DNA of 64,000 nt, taken from NCBI RefSeq assembly GCF_964204645.1, contig NC_134027.1, positions 20,236,560-20,300,559 of the forward strand, read 5' to 3'. The translations under genes were made by a program, and so were the position numbers. The stretch's first letter is position 1, and each line of letters begins with the position of its first letter. This document shows, in pieces, positions 14,401 to 27,395 of the stretch. This DNA comes from Tubulanus polymorphus. Lineage: Eukaryota > Animalia > Nemertea. The notes under the pieces are model-generated. The model did no database searches. It saw only the letters and a program-made list of their open reading frames with translations, and was not told the origin of the DNA.

Positions 14401-15121
14401 TATAAATTCTACCGGAAATATATAATTACAACAAAAACAATATTTTACTACAATCAAATAAACTCATTCTTCTACTTAACTAGACAGGGATTTCAACCCT
14501 ATGGCTTCACATGACTGACATGGTACCCTACAAATCAAGTTGACCAAGTGTACAGCTCTTTCAATTGCATCAGATCATGATACAGATAAACCTTGGTTAT
14601 CCGCCATTCTCAATCTTGTAAAGGTATCAGTTAGATACTTTGTGACTGGACGATTCTTCGCAACTTTCAAAAAGTTTTGGATTTTCAAGCTCTTGACAAA
14701 CAAGAAACGCACCTCAATTTAGTAATACCCCGATACATGTGCACCAACTTATTTTATATAATGGATATATGTATCTCAACCTATAGTGGTTTTAGCATAT
14801 TATTTTGATGCCTGCATTAGCCATTTCAGAAGATGTAATATTGTTAAACTCTGTTCTAGTGAGTTGACTATATGTATATCCGGTAACAGGAAATATGATT
14901 GGGTCTACACCCAGCCGAGTCTAAAAGTATAAGATATTTTCCTCTTATTAACCTTTTCTCGAAATATTCAAATAACTTGTACTTATGTGCATCAATCTCA
15001 AAAGATGCAGTCGAACTTGGCCAAGTTATCATGATGTTGACTATCTAAATGATGACTAATACTTTGTTTTTGAATACAAATTGGGACTAAAAATGAGTGA
15101 CGACTTAAGTACCAGTACCCA

Positions 15122-15539
15122 CAGTGGCGGATCCAGGGTCCAATTTTTACTGCCTCACCAAAGAAAAAAGGGCAATTTTTTCAGAAAACTTTCCAGAAAA
15201 TGCTCAATGCATACAATTGGATATCCAAAACAGCATTCAGGATCCCAAGGAAACAGCTGTTGGAAACAATGTTGTATTGCTGCTGCCAAATGCCGATTTT
15301 GGACAGATTCTTAATTATGTCACGACGAATTGACTTAATTTCTTCAAAAACGTGGTATTCAAAGAAAAAAAAACGTCATTCGGGATCGCCGCACTTCCAA
15401 CGCCACTGTTGAGGCAAACCCTTACTGAATTTTGCTTGATGAGACATTTGAAAAGTATTCAAATTGATTTCCAATTTTTCTGTCTTTCCGAAGTGGGTGC
15501 CTCACTCAAGGCATGCGAGGTACCCTAAATCCGCCACTG
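15122..15539. mobile_element. MITE with CAG...CTG termini and 5-bp TSD (hAT5-like)
   Basis: CAGTGGCGGAT...ATCCGCCACTG termini, flanked on both sides by ACCCA. Confidence 0.8.
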
Positions 15540-16436
15540 ACCCAGAAATTTGACAACTTTTCTGATGAAGAGTTAAGCGAGTTCAACTGCATAAAACAAT
15601 CACTGATTTAACATCATTTCAATTTTTAATAATGCTGACCGGAACAACCCTCCACAATATTTGATCACCGATCTTCCAATTTTTTATAAAAGCAATCATC
15701 CAGACCAGTTTAAGACACTAGACCTGAAACATTTCTAAATGGAAATAATTATTAACATCAGGCATTAGATCTGTATCACTACAATTTCAAAAAGTAATCA
15801 TCCTGCAATCGTCTAATCATCGCACAGTATTTCATGTTGGACATTTTTAATTGATAAAGAACTATATGTAGAACAAAATAGCAAAAAATCGAGGACGAGG
15901 AAGATTTCCAGGCAGCAGGTCGATTGATAGACATAAGCTTTGAGAATAATTATCGCAGAAATTCCTGGGCATAAAATAAAACAACTGATACAATGTTTTT
16001 GTGTAAAGAATTAGAACTACATTATAGTCTGACTAGACGAAAAGAATATACACGTAATGTTTATAATACATTTTAACAAACTGATATAGTACAGCATAGA
16101 CAGGTTTATGAAACTACGGGTCCAGGAACAACACGCCCACTTGGAAAGTGGTCTGAAATGCTTGACAATCAAAAAATTTAAAAGTTCAATGACCCCTGGT
16201 GAAGTTACAATTAAACCAATGACCTACAAAATAACTACAATCATAAGCTACAACCTTGCAATTTAATATGGTTACACATTATATAAATAGAAATACCATT
16301 GGTATTTCCATTTAGTACCGACGCAACAATTTGGCGATTTATGACCCCACCCCCTTGTACGCAGCTGCACATTTCACGGTATGCGATTTCATACGTGACG
16401 TCCCAAAATTTGGTAGCTATTACTGTGGTTTCAACA

Positions 16437-16443
<7 letters not shown>

Positions 16444-16527
<84 letters not shown>
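16444..16527. repeat. (TA)n microsatellite
   Basis: Uninterrupted AT dinucleotide run of about 84 bp. Confidence 0.98.
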
Positions 16528-16531
<4 letters not shown>

Positions 16532-18197
16532 GCTTCTTCAACCATAGAAAATAGATCTCATATCTACCAGTCTAAAAAGTAAGGGGTCTATAGGTCCAAA
16601 GGTTTAATTTTAGGGTTTAGAGGGCAGGGTTAGGGTAAGGTATCGCATAATAATAGATAAAGATATAAGTACTAAATAAAAATCGACACCTTTGTTTCGG
16701 CTAGATCGGTATGGGCTAGCACTCACGTGTTCAATTTCCGAATTTCGCAAAAATTACTTAGAAATTTAGAAGTACAGCGAAATTGTGCATGCACAGTGGA
16801 GAATCGCGGATCGGTTATTGGAGGTGACTCCAACCACATAAGGGCAAAGGGTCAGGATTATGATTAGAGTTAAGGGTTAGGGTAAAATCTAGTGGGCCAA
16901 GGTCAATACGGAAACTCACTACTGATGAGATCCAGCAAAAATTCAAAAACCTGGAACAATTAGGGTTCTGTCTTGTGGACCAATATAAATTATTCAGAAA
17001 GAATAAAGAAACTACAAGACAAGAATATCAGCAAGCATTCGCTATGCCGAATCCTAAGACCCTAAAACAATATTCGAACAAGCTCAATTAACATTTATCA
17101 TATAGTCTCTGATAAACAGTAATGGAAAATCGGATAAATTAAATAAAAAACTGTACTGATAGTACATTGCGCCTTGTTTTAGTGCTGCCTTTCCAAGCGA
17201 CAGTAATAGCTACCAAATTTCGGGATGCCATGTAAGAAATCGCTACCCATTTCACTTTGCCACCTACCCCCCCCCCCAATACATATGCAAGAGCGATGTT
17301 TGTAACAAGAATTTGAAGTTTTTATCATTATAAAACGTTTTAGTTTTGTTTTCTGTGGAAAGGCGGCATCTATGGTACCAGGAATTAATTCTAATTTGTG
17401 CAAATAAAATCATCGTCGATGTCGCAGTCATTATTACGAAGTTAGAAAAATGCTATAGAGAACATAAAATCCTTAAATATCACTTCATTTTTAATTTGAA
17501 TGCGGAATGAACGCTCAATTGCGTGCAAAAATGATTATTAGACGCCGTACCGTACACAGATCCCCTGTATGCATTTTCAGAGACCCCTCCCTCTAATGTG
17601 CATTACGTACTAATTACATGGTCCTAAATTGAAATACCTGATAAATTTTAATATTCAACTCCCCCAAGGTGAGAACAATACACTGGAAAGATTGGCCCTA
17701 CCACAGTGCTCACAATTATCGAATAGGCCTTCCAAGACTATACATTGAAACATATTGATATTTTCCTCAAAAAACCATTTCAAGATATGGAGGGAGAACT
17801 GTTGAAAGATGGCCACTGGCTGCATTAAAATGAAAATTGGCTGATCAAAAAACCTGTTTGATAAGTTGAACTTTCCATGTATTATGATCTCCCTCGTGAC
17901 CCTTCAATTTTCGGGTTGTAAGTCTAGGGAAGAGATACATATTGTATAAACTAAATATGAAGAGAATAAGTCAAGCCTATTGAAAATTCATAACTCAAAA
18001 TCAAACTCTAGGAAATGAACTTACGAATAGTGAACTCTCTGGGGAAGTGAGCTAAAAGAACTTTTCAACTTCAGCCAGAAAAAATACATTCTTCTTGTCT
18101 GATCTGAACTTCAGATGTGGTTCAGGTCCTGAGATTAATATCAGTCCCTAAAAATTCATTTGATTGAAATACACAAATAATTCACATATATATATAT

Positions 18198-18464
18198 ATA
18201 TATTAAATATTCTGGTATTTGAAATGTACGATATATCATTTTTGAAGCATTACAAACAAAACAGCAACAAAATACATGGTTTTTACAATCGTATAGTTAC
18301 TACCGAATTTGCTCTTTGTTTTTGGGATATATACGTATAATATATTAAATATTCTGGTATTTGAAATGTACGATATATCATTTATGAAGCGTTACAATGA
18401 AAACGACAACAAAATACATGGTTTTTACAATCGTATATTTACCACCGAATTTGCTCTTTGTTTT
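18198..18464. repeat. Two-copy tandem duplication, period ~141 bp
   Basis: TATATTAAATATTCTGGTATTTGAAATGTACGATATATCATTT...ACCGAATTTGCTCTTTGTTTT occurs twice with a few substitutions. Confidence 0.85.
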
Positions 18465-19505
18465 CGGGAAGTTTTGGTATTATCAGGAAATTCCCTGTTA
18501 TTTTGCTATCAGTTCACCACCTGGCTAACTCCTGTATTGGGTCAGTCCAATGCATATGGCACACCAGGGAAATACGAGAAATTGTTTCCAAACATTTCAC
18601 TTGGTCATGCGCATTTATGACCAAAGTTCAACGTGCAGGGTAACAAGAGAAACAGAAACATATAGTTATGTATATGTATGATATAAATGATAATTCATTG
18701 TTAACCAAGACAGAAAATGTGTCCGTCCTATGCATCATCTGGGATGCATCATTTGTGTTTGTCATCGCAGAAACATGAAAACCCAAAAAGTTCCTTGTTT
18801 CCGCGTTTCCCTCAATGCCCTGGGCTTAAAACAAGTTCAGTGTACATAAACTTAGCTTTAACAACACAATGAGTAGTCAGCAATGCTGCTAACCTCTGAA
18901 AAGTACTATCAGTTACAAATCAAATTTTTTCTAGTGACATTTTCATTTGAAACATGAAAGAAAATGTTCAAATTAATCAGTAATCAACAGTCTCAGTAAC
19001 ACCTTTAATATTTCTGTATGCGTCAAACAAATCAAATCAGTATTTCTCATCATAGAATAGTATCCTGAAAAGCAGCGAGTAGTTGGTAGCTATGAACTAG
19101 TGGCTTACTTCACTAAAGCTATGTCTACACTTGCTTCCTCATACCCGGGTTATGCATCTACATAACGCTAGAAAGAATGGTTCAATGCTGTTCAAAGAAG
19201 TTTACCCCGCATTAAACCTTAAACCTACATTCGTATCTGATTCTACATTTTTTTCTAGCAAGTGTTGACAGGACACCAGTGTTCAAAATTGACCATGAAC
19301 TTGACCTTGAATTGAGGATATGGATTAATACTACCCACAACGCTTTTCACTACGAACCAGGGTTGACGTCGAAACCGCTTACATCAAACTCAGGTTCAAC
19401 GAGCAAATGTAGACATATTTTAAATATCATTCAGACTTCAAATTTGCAAAACCTACACAATCTTGCAACTTGTAACAAAGTGACTGCATTCCAGATCTAC
19501 AGTAC

Positions 19506-19770
19506 CAGGGCCATCGGAACAGGGGCGGACAAAGCCGCCCCACTTTTTTGCTTAACAAAAATTTTTCAAAAGCACGCTGTATCGCGTAGCAGCTCGTCGT
19601 TCTCTGTACTAGGTGGTTGGCTCACGACTTCTCATGCTTCTGTGAATGAGACCGTGAACTGGCCCCAAAACGCATCTCCGGCGATTGAATTTCAAAAAAT
19701 TTTTCTAGGGGGCCAAGACCCCCCTTCAGAAATAAGCCTCGCCACTGAAAAATTCCTTCCGACGACTCTG
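19506..19770. mobile_element. MITE with CAG...CTG termini and 5-bp TSD (hAT5-like)
   Basis: Imperfect TIRs CAGGGCCATCGGAA / TTCCGACGACTCTG, flanked on both sides by AGTAC. Confidence 0.7.
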
Positions 19771-20338
19771 AGTACACTTTCAAAAAGGTGATCATCGACA
19801 GACTTCCTGCAGCAAATAGCAATCTGAAGATGGTAGATTCAGAAGTGACAAACCTGTTATAAAACACACCTTTCTTCCCCAATACAAATATCATAAAAAG
19901 GCATTTAAAGAGTTGACGAAACAATTGGTACCTCAAATCTTTTATAAATATATGAGACAAATATAGTCCATCCAACCTCTACCCACACTGCTTTTTGAAG
20001 TTTCAAAAATATCATCTAGAGGCTTTCTCATAAGTAATTTGCTAAAAAATGTGATAACCGGTCCAGATTCTAGGAGGAACTCAGTTTCTCAGTTCGCCAT
20101 CCAGTTAAAATAACACTAGACTCCCGAGAGCATGGTGGTTATCACATGAATTTCAGTGGGAAAATTTAAAGGTTTTAGTCCTAAGCCATGTGATAACCCA
20201 TTAGGCGCATTAGAGTTCATAATCGGGCTAAACATGTGTGTCAGGTTTTCATCCACTACTGTAGAACAAAAGCAGCTCTTCAATATCTAATTCACTGACT
20301 GATATTCTGAATATTTTTTCCTTACTAATATTTATCGC

Positions 20339-21388
20339 TTATGATCTTTTCAAGAGACGTTTGTTCTGTAAAGTGACCCTCTTTCCTTTCACAAGGGTGA
20401 CGACACTTTTCTTTGAATCCGCGAAGAGGTCTCGTCGCTGTTGCTCAGCTCGAAACTGGTTTGCCGCTTCGAACTGACTCGCCGTGGTTAACGAAAGCGG
20501 CGTCACTTTAACAGGAATCGTTTTTACCGGATTCGATGCTAACTTTTTACGGGGGACGTTTTCAGCATCTCGACGAAATTTGTTTTTCGTCGAAACACAC
20601 AATTTTTTCTCGCCAAGCGGTAACATTCCGCGACCGTTGTTGATGTTGGCCTTCTCGAGGGCAGCAGTCAGTTTTCCCCGGGCTTGCAGCAACTGCGGAC
20701 TAGCTGAACGCTTTCGAGGCGTATCTAATAACGACGATTTGGCACAAGCGTTCAACGACTGATTCAATGCGGGGAACGACTCTGACGATGATGAGACTCC
20801 GAGAGTCCGACTGTATAGGAGTCGTGTCGTATTTATCCGAGGAGTCAAAACTGATTTCGATAATTCGGCATCAAGTCGATCGATCCGCGATAACTCGCGC
20901 GAGGTCGAAAAATTTCCGAATCCCGAAATATCTTTCTTGAACACGGAAATCGTGCAATTCATCGGCGACGTTCGCGGACGCTTTTTCGGTGACGATATCG
21001 CGTAGGCGAAGTCTCCGTCGACTTCATCGATCGTCGGTTCTCGTTTCACATTGTCGTTCAACGTGAGAAACGGATTGATTTCATCGAACGAAAAATTTAA
21101 CGACGACAAATCGTGCGGCGACATGTACCCGCTGTCGAACGACGATGCCTCGCTCGACTGTCGATTAAATTCGAAACCTCGCGCTTCCAAAGAAGACGCC
21201 GCAGTAGGAGATGTCAGCGGCCAGTTTTCATCGAAAGAATCGCTCAAGTTGAAACTCGACGACGACATCGTCGCGTGGTCACCGGACTCATCGCCGATCG
21301 ACAGGAAACTATCCTCCATGCTGAAGTTGAATGTCGAGTCCCATTCGTCAGTTGACGTCGGAAAAACGTCAGGGTCGAAAAGATCCAT
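20339..21388 (-). CDS. Uncharacterised Ser-rich, probably disordered 349-aa protein (acidic N-half, basic C-half); putative cell-cycle regulator
   Basis: Long ORF, more GC-rich than its flanks. A TTTCAG acceptor lies 16 nt before ATG 21388, and a candidate 5'UTR exon ends at an AAG|GTAAGA donor at 22175. Motifs: DSGYMS, SPKKR, TPRKR, RRDLF. No recognisable folded domain. Confidence 0.7.
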   Translation of the reverse strand: MDLFDPDVFPTSTDEWDSTFNFSMEDSFLSIGDESGDHATMSSSSFNLSDSFDENWPLTSPTAASSLEARGFEFNRQSSEASSFDSGYMSPHDLSSLNFSFDEINPFLTLNDNVKREPTIDEVDGDFAYAISSPKKRPRTSPMNCTISVFKKDISGFGNFSTSRELSRIDRLDAELSKSVLTPRINTTRLLYSRTLGVSSSSESFPALNQSLNACAKSSLLDTPRKRSASPQLLQARGKLTAALEKANINNGRGMLPLGEKKLCVSTKNKFRRDAENVPRKKLASNPVKTIPVKVTPLSLTTASQFEAANQFRAEQQRRDLFADSKKSVVTLVKGKRVTLQNKRLLKRS

Positions 21389-22307
21389 ACTTATTCTATC
21401 GACTCTGAAATTTAAGGTTATGATAATTATCATTAATTGTACGGAGTAAAAATCGGGATTGTCGAAATGAGACTCGACATCTACAGCTACAGATCTGTTA
21501 CTGTATCCGGTCCGTGATCGCATGTATAAGTTAACGATGCAGTGATATAATCAGATTACATCACAGCCTAAAGATCTGTAAGTTTTTATGATCTTCATAG
21601 TTATGCACTTTTAGTCAATGAAAGTTTCCACCCTACGGGGGCCGGGAAACGAAAATTTAACGATCCATAGCGCCGGGACAGAGGCGATCCAGCGAAAAAA
21701 TGAGTGGATTAGTTATGGTCTATTGGTGATAAGCTTTTATAATGGCATGCCGCTGGGCTTATATCAACTTGTGGTGATAATGAAAAATATCCGATCGCGA
21801 CCTAAAACCACAGTCACAGACAGGATGGCACTGGCAGACAATGTGGTGACATGGACATTTTTAAGCAGGGATCGAACATCGCCAGATTGTCATCATGGCA
21901 TGAACCACTGGCTTGGATCAGTCAGGATGCATGCAGCTTTTAGGCCTACTTTAATTTAGCCCATCGCCAGTGTAGGAGTGTTGTGTTTTGTGTAGTGTAG
22001 TACGGTAGGGGCCTAGACATTAGCTAGCCTTCTTAATTCACCTAGTAGTAGTTATTCAATCATGGCATGGGCATGGGCATCTGTGGATTGTCGATTGAGT
22101 GAGTTTAATTTTCCGAGGCAAGCCTTTGATTATTGATTTCGATTCAATTGACTGATGAGACACGGTCTTCTTACCTTCAAATTAAAACTCAGATCGAAGA
22201 TTCTTCGACGTCTTGAACCTCGATTAATCTATTCGACTTCTTTCTTTCTTTAAAGCCGTCTTTTGTTTACATTTTACCAACACGCCACTCTCCCAGCTGT
22301 CACAAAC

Positions 22308-22319
22308 TTTGGCGCGAAA
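22308..22319 (-). promoter_or_regulatory. Palindromic E2F binding site TTTCGCGCCAAA
   Basis: Exact match to the classical overlapping double E2F element, just upstream of the candidate first exon (about 22175-22290, minus strand) of the 20339-21388 gene. Confidence 0.6.
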
Positions 22320-23331
22320 TGTTCTCGAGAAGTGGCAGCTGGTTCGCACTAGAGTCTAGGGACACCGGAGTCCATCAGATTCATAGCGATTATTAGAGCG
22401 TAATGATTTTACGAAATGTTTCACGAATCTTTTAGTACAACTTAATTCATAAGATAACAAACTTATTCACATTCAAAGTCGGTTTCAAGTCATTAGTGTT
22501 TCACGAATATTCGGGATTCGATTATAATGGTCGATTTTGGTCACTGGTGATTAAGAATAAGTCGTTACCCAGGGAGCCTTTTCAAGACTACAAATAATTA
22601 CCGCTAGGATATTAGCGCCATAGCGCCGAGTCTAGACGAAACGAATCATGATAGTACGTACGTGAAGTAACAAACGGAATCCGATATTACACCATAGCCC
22701 AGTGCGAAAATAAGAAGTTTTATTTCCATTCTGCAATGTCGAATCGACTGACTGATAGTTGTGCACCGGTACAAGGCTCTATAATCTCTTTAATCAATAT
22801 GTTCTGCCTGTTTTCCACAATTTGTGGACAATGAACCCTGAACAAAACAGGAAGTTTCGTCTGCTATTTTCGTTCGTTAGGAAATCTGTCTTTTACGAGA
22901 TGAAGTATTGTGGGTGTTTTTGGACGAATCCAGTATCGGCAGAAGATTCATACGCCATGTGTCTGTGTATTTCATCTCCCTGAAAGTCTTTTAGAAACCC
23001 CTGATCAAATAGATATTTAATCGATAATTGTGGGTTTTATTTCTTTTATTCCGAAGGACTTGTTTATGATGCAAATTGAAAGTGTGCATAACGAGAACAT
23101 GGAGATTTCAAGTTAATAGTCGGGTATTCCCAGCATGAGCGCATTCGTAACTGCATCGTAAAGTCATTTTCTATTACTCTAGAGACGGCGTCTGCGTACT
23201 GTAGGCTTGTGGTTACTTAGAGCGGAGATCGTGTTTCAATTGATATAATTGATATATTTCTGCCACACGTGCGTTCTAACTTTAACCGAAATCTCACCCG
23301 CGATTGAATATTTGTTTTTCGTGGTGGAATT

Positions 23332-24170
23332 ATGAATGTAACATTACTTGATTTGCGATCAGACCGTTTGCAATCGACTGGTACACAGCGTTCGACCAAT
23401 TTCATATTTCATCTTGTGTGGATTTTCGGTAGTATTTGCAACATATTTACGTATTATTTAGTTTGCCCTCACTAACACGCAATACCTGCCCTCATTAACT
23501 GCGTCCGATCTTATATATTTGAATATAATGTCAATGAAATTGCTGGGAAGGATCAGCTTGGCTTCGGGAACGGGCTTTGGTATCTACGTACGTCTGTTAC
23601 ACGACTTCTGAATTCATGTGTAAGTCTCTACTCGTTACGGCAAATATCGTTAAAACTCTCTACATGGACACGTGTATTTTCAGTCTCGGGAGAACGTTTG
23701 CCGTTTGGATGCTCTTAAAAACTGTAACAATTTTTACCAAACTACGCACTTTGATTTTATCAATTGCATACAATTTACTGTAATGACTAGGGGAAAATGC
23801 CATTTTTGTGATATCTATCCAGTACGTATATAGCCACGCTCTACATCGCTCCGTACTTCATAAACTTATCGTATGTAGTTGTGATAGCTATAGAACTAGT
23901 AGCAGCCAGACCGACCAAAGCCTCTTTTCGACGAATTCACGGAATACTCTTCCAACACAAGACAAGACCTATAAAAAATTTGGTTGTGATAACGTCTTTA
24001 TATATAATCCTTTCGATGCCTGCATTACTGATTAATGATCGATCAAGTTTGAAATGACCCGTCAACCCATGCGACAACTCATAAGCTTGACAACGTTGAT
24101 TATTGAAACATCAAACAATGCAATGAACTTCATCGTCTCAGCTTTAGGAAATTTCGAAATGAAATTAGGA
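23332..24170 (+). pseudogene. Class A (rhodopsin-like) GPCR pseudogene
   Basis: Starts MNVT; TM1 WIFGSICNIFT; TM2 LTASDLIYL; TM3 CKSLLVTANI...SLGRTFAVWMLLK; helix 8 SFRKFRNEI. Broken by stops and frameshifts. Paralogous to 37290-38291, including ~340 bp of upstream DNA. Confidence 0.75.
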
Positions 24171-24183
24171 CGACTTTATATGG

Positions 24184-26341
24184 TGGCTGATTCGGGCCAT
24201 GGGATTCTTCGCGAGTAGCTGCTTTTCTAAGCAGATACATACTGATAAATAATTTTTCAATAATTTCCTTCAAAAAAATTAATGCATGAACGTTTATGGT
24301 CAGGACCTTATTAATCTATGTTCAGCAGTGACGAAGACATATCAAGATGGCCACTATGACGTCATGAAACTGTGACGTCACAGGAAAAAATCATCTCCGT
24401 CACGTCAAGAATTTGCTGAAAAATCCCCGTAACGCATAGAGTTTTAAAGAGAAACAAATTTTTCAAAATGGCCAATATAGTTGTATAAGTAGTTGTAAAA
24501 TACATGTATATTTTTTCATTTAATTACTTTCAAGTTTGTGTAAAAAAATTGTATGCAAAATCATAAGATAATGTGAAGGATTTTTATGAGAAATATACAA
24601 ATATCAAGTTTAGAAAATATTTGTCGAGAGAACACAGGTTAACTACATTTAAAGGGAATGCATTATTAGATTAAACTACTTATTATCATAAAGGATCAAA
24701 TTTTTAGTTTTGAGCTCTATTTTCCGTGATGGAGATGAATTTTTGTGATGGAGATGAATGTGCACCAATGGAATCGTGACGGAGATGATTTTTTTTTCAA
24801 ATACCACGAGGGTTAAAAGATAATGAATGTTTTTATAATATTTTACTATTAGGAGATTACTTAAAATAAATTGCGTTAACAGAGCCTATCACATGATTAG
24901 ATTTGTGAATATTTAATACAAATATATTTTGATTTAATTCATCTCCGTCACGAAACCGGAATGCCAAAATGTGACAGAGATTAACGTGACGGAGATGAAT
25001 GACTAGATGAGCATGAGGGGTTACATCTTTTATTGATTTTTTGAGCAAATTGTTTGAAGGTTGATGTTAAGCGCGGTAAAATGTCCTCAATCAATAAATG
25101 TATTTTTTATTGATACAATGTATAGTATTCCAACTCTACAGACCGTTCGGAGATGAATGAGAATAAACATATGCACTCACTCATCACTTGTTTAGATGCA
25201 GTTGTTTTTTCCCTTCAAATGTGCAGAGATGAGCGTTATGCATTCAAGCGTTTAAAGATTGCGCCAAATGACAGGGGCGCGATAATTCGTCATAGATAGT
25301 TCAAATGTAAACTGGTTGAGATGGTTTTACGTCGGCCGTGACGGAGAGGAAAAATATTTGGGGACGCCCTCCCCCAACAGGCGCGGATCCAGGGCCATAC
25401 AGTGACTACAGCACAGTGAAAAAGGGCACCAACTTTGAAAAGGGCCAGTATTAATGCCCAGCGAGCGAGTTTGAGTTTGAGTGCAATCATTGGTATCATG
25501 CCACTAAATTTGTCTTCACATTCAGTTCGCTTTTAGCCTTTGTTTAGATATTTGGTCAAAATTTGCCTTTTCTCGATTAAATTTATAAAGCGACAATAAT
25601 TTCTTTTTTAGAATAGTGCCCTTTTGAGTAAAAAATGCCTTAGATTACCTTTTATGATTTTGGGCAATTTATTTCATTCACATTTCGCTTTAGGCCTTGT
25701 ACAGAAAGGCAATTATTTTTTTATGACGCACGTAAATTGTGTGCCCCTTTATTTACTTTTTTCCCGAAACATAAATTTTTCAAGGGCATTTGAAAACTGC
25801 GACTACCGCACGTCCTTCATGTGCGACAGTGTGGATCCGCGCCTGCCCAAATGAATTGAAATGGATTTATTAATATCCTAAGAATAGAAGATATTTCTAC
25901 TAACTCAGAATTTATATGCAATATATATTATCAGATAGGCACAAATTTGGCATCTTAAAACTTGGGTGTCATATCATGAGAAAGAAACATGGACTGTGTA
26001 TCGGGGACGACATGACGATGTGGCGTACTCAATAATTTTCAATGGATTAAAATTCACCATTAAATGCGGAAAATTTCTTGAAATTCTATTCAAACAATTA
26101 GTTTATTGAACTAATAAATTTTGGTCAAAGGTCGTGAAAAATTCTGAATTCGTGATAAATCTCTGTCCGGGACATGAATAGCTGCTACTCGTGAAGAATG
26201 ACCCCCATATAGTTCCAGGCCATAGTTGAAAATGTTTTGAATTCTCGCGCGAGGAAACCAAAAAAACGGGCCAATGTGAAAATCTTTTTATCGTTGCTCT
26301 AGCCGTAAAGAATTTTTTTTTACTATGACCCGAATCAGCCA
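24184..26341. mobile_element. Non-autonomous TIR element with iterated internal motif CGTGACGGAGATGA
   Basis: TGGCTGATTCGGGCCAT at 24184 and ATGACCCGAATCAGCCA ending 26341. Subterminal CTTCGCGAGTAGC/GCTACTCGTGAAG. About seven copies of GTGAYGGAGATGA in both orientations between 24390 and 25350. Contains the nested MITE at 25378-25845. Confidence 0.55.
25378..25845. mobile_element. MITE with 14-bp TIRs and 5-bp TSD (hAT5-like)
   Basis: Perfect TIR CAGGCGCGGATCCA...TGGATCCGCGCCTG, CCCAA on both flanks, second copy at 3195-3627. Confidence 0.88.
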
Positions 26342-27395
26342 TAAAACATGCCAAGCGCGCAGTCATTTATAGAAATATGTGAGTTGCTTTCAAGCGTGCA
26401 CGTGCTGCGAGCGTGGCGACGAACCATATCGTTCGGAATATTGTTGGATTTATTCCAAGACAACCACTTTCAGACTTATTCACAGTGCGTGTCAGTGTTC
26501 TTTCATCAGTTTTATTTTGTCGCAGAGTACCAGAGAAGCTATGCGTATAGTATCTCACTGCGAGAGACATCGAGTGTCACTCAAACGACAAATAATAGGC
26601 CGAAAGCCACCAGGCCAGTGAGATATTTTCCTCAACTCAAAATCTGCAGTTTCTTACGTATCATCTTGTCATTGTAAATCGTAGGATTCACGTATGTGAA
26701 ATGTGTAGAGAATCCCACAATCATAACGAAAAAATAATATGAAGTCCGAAAAAGTTTCATTGAGCTGTTTTATTTGATGTTTCTAATAGCCATCTTCAGA
26801 AATACTGCATCTTGTATGAAAATTCATGGGTAAAGTCAGTAAATTAACAAGTGAAGATGAAATTAGGAAGACACGATTGTGTACTTTTTATGTTGTTGGT
26901 ATTATGAATTGCGCAATAACGTATTTCCATAAATATCGATTATGATGATGATTTGTGTCATAAATTTTTATTTATTCATATAGAAACGCAACTATCATTG
27001 AAAATGATATAGCTGCAATATAACTTTACACTCGAATTACTGACGAACAATCATGCATCATCAAGTTTTGCTTATAATGTAATCTAAGTTATCGAACATT
27101 TTTCTCGCGAGGATAATAGATTGTAGTTAGCTACACTTTGTTTGATTCCATAATAGAATCCACCCATACAAGTTAATCGAAGAACCCCCACGCGTACACA
27201 ATCTGCACAGGTTATGTCGAGGAAAAACGGATCGAACGGTTCAGTGCCAAAAATACAGTTGGAATTCAATTATAGTCCTAGAAATCAAATCATTCCCAAA
27301 CTCTTGACTCTTTGAGTTTTCGTATGGGTAGCTTAACGTGGATCCGTAAAAATTGGTTTAAAACAATGCGTCTGATTTAAATCAACAACCGATCA

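Noticed and set aside
16299-16547. 82-aa ORF with IYIY run
   Set aside because: Translation of the (TA)n microsatellite.
16605-16885. Scattered TTAGGG-like hexamers
   Set aside because: Few and degenerate; common within invertebrate repeats and not an interstitial telomere array.
19279-19975. ORFs of 170 and 117 aa
   Set aside because: Non-ATG starts, overlap a MITE, and no protein-like motifs.
20484-21449. Plus-strand ORFs opposite the Ser-rich gene, and the many antisense ORFs within gag/pol
   Set aside because: Shadow frames of real coding sequence.
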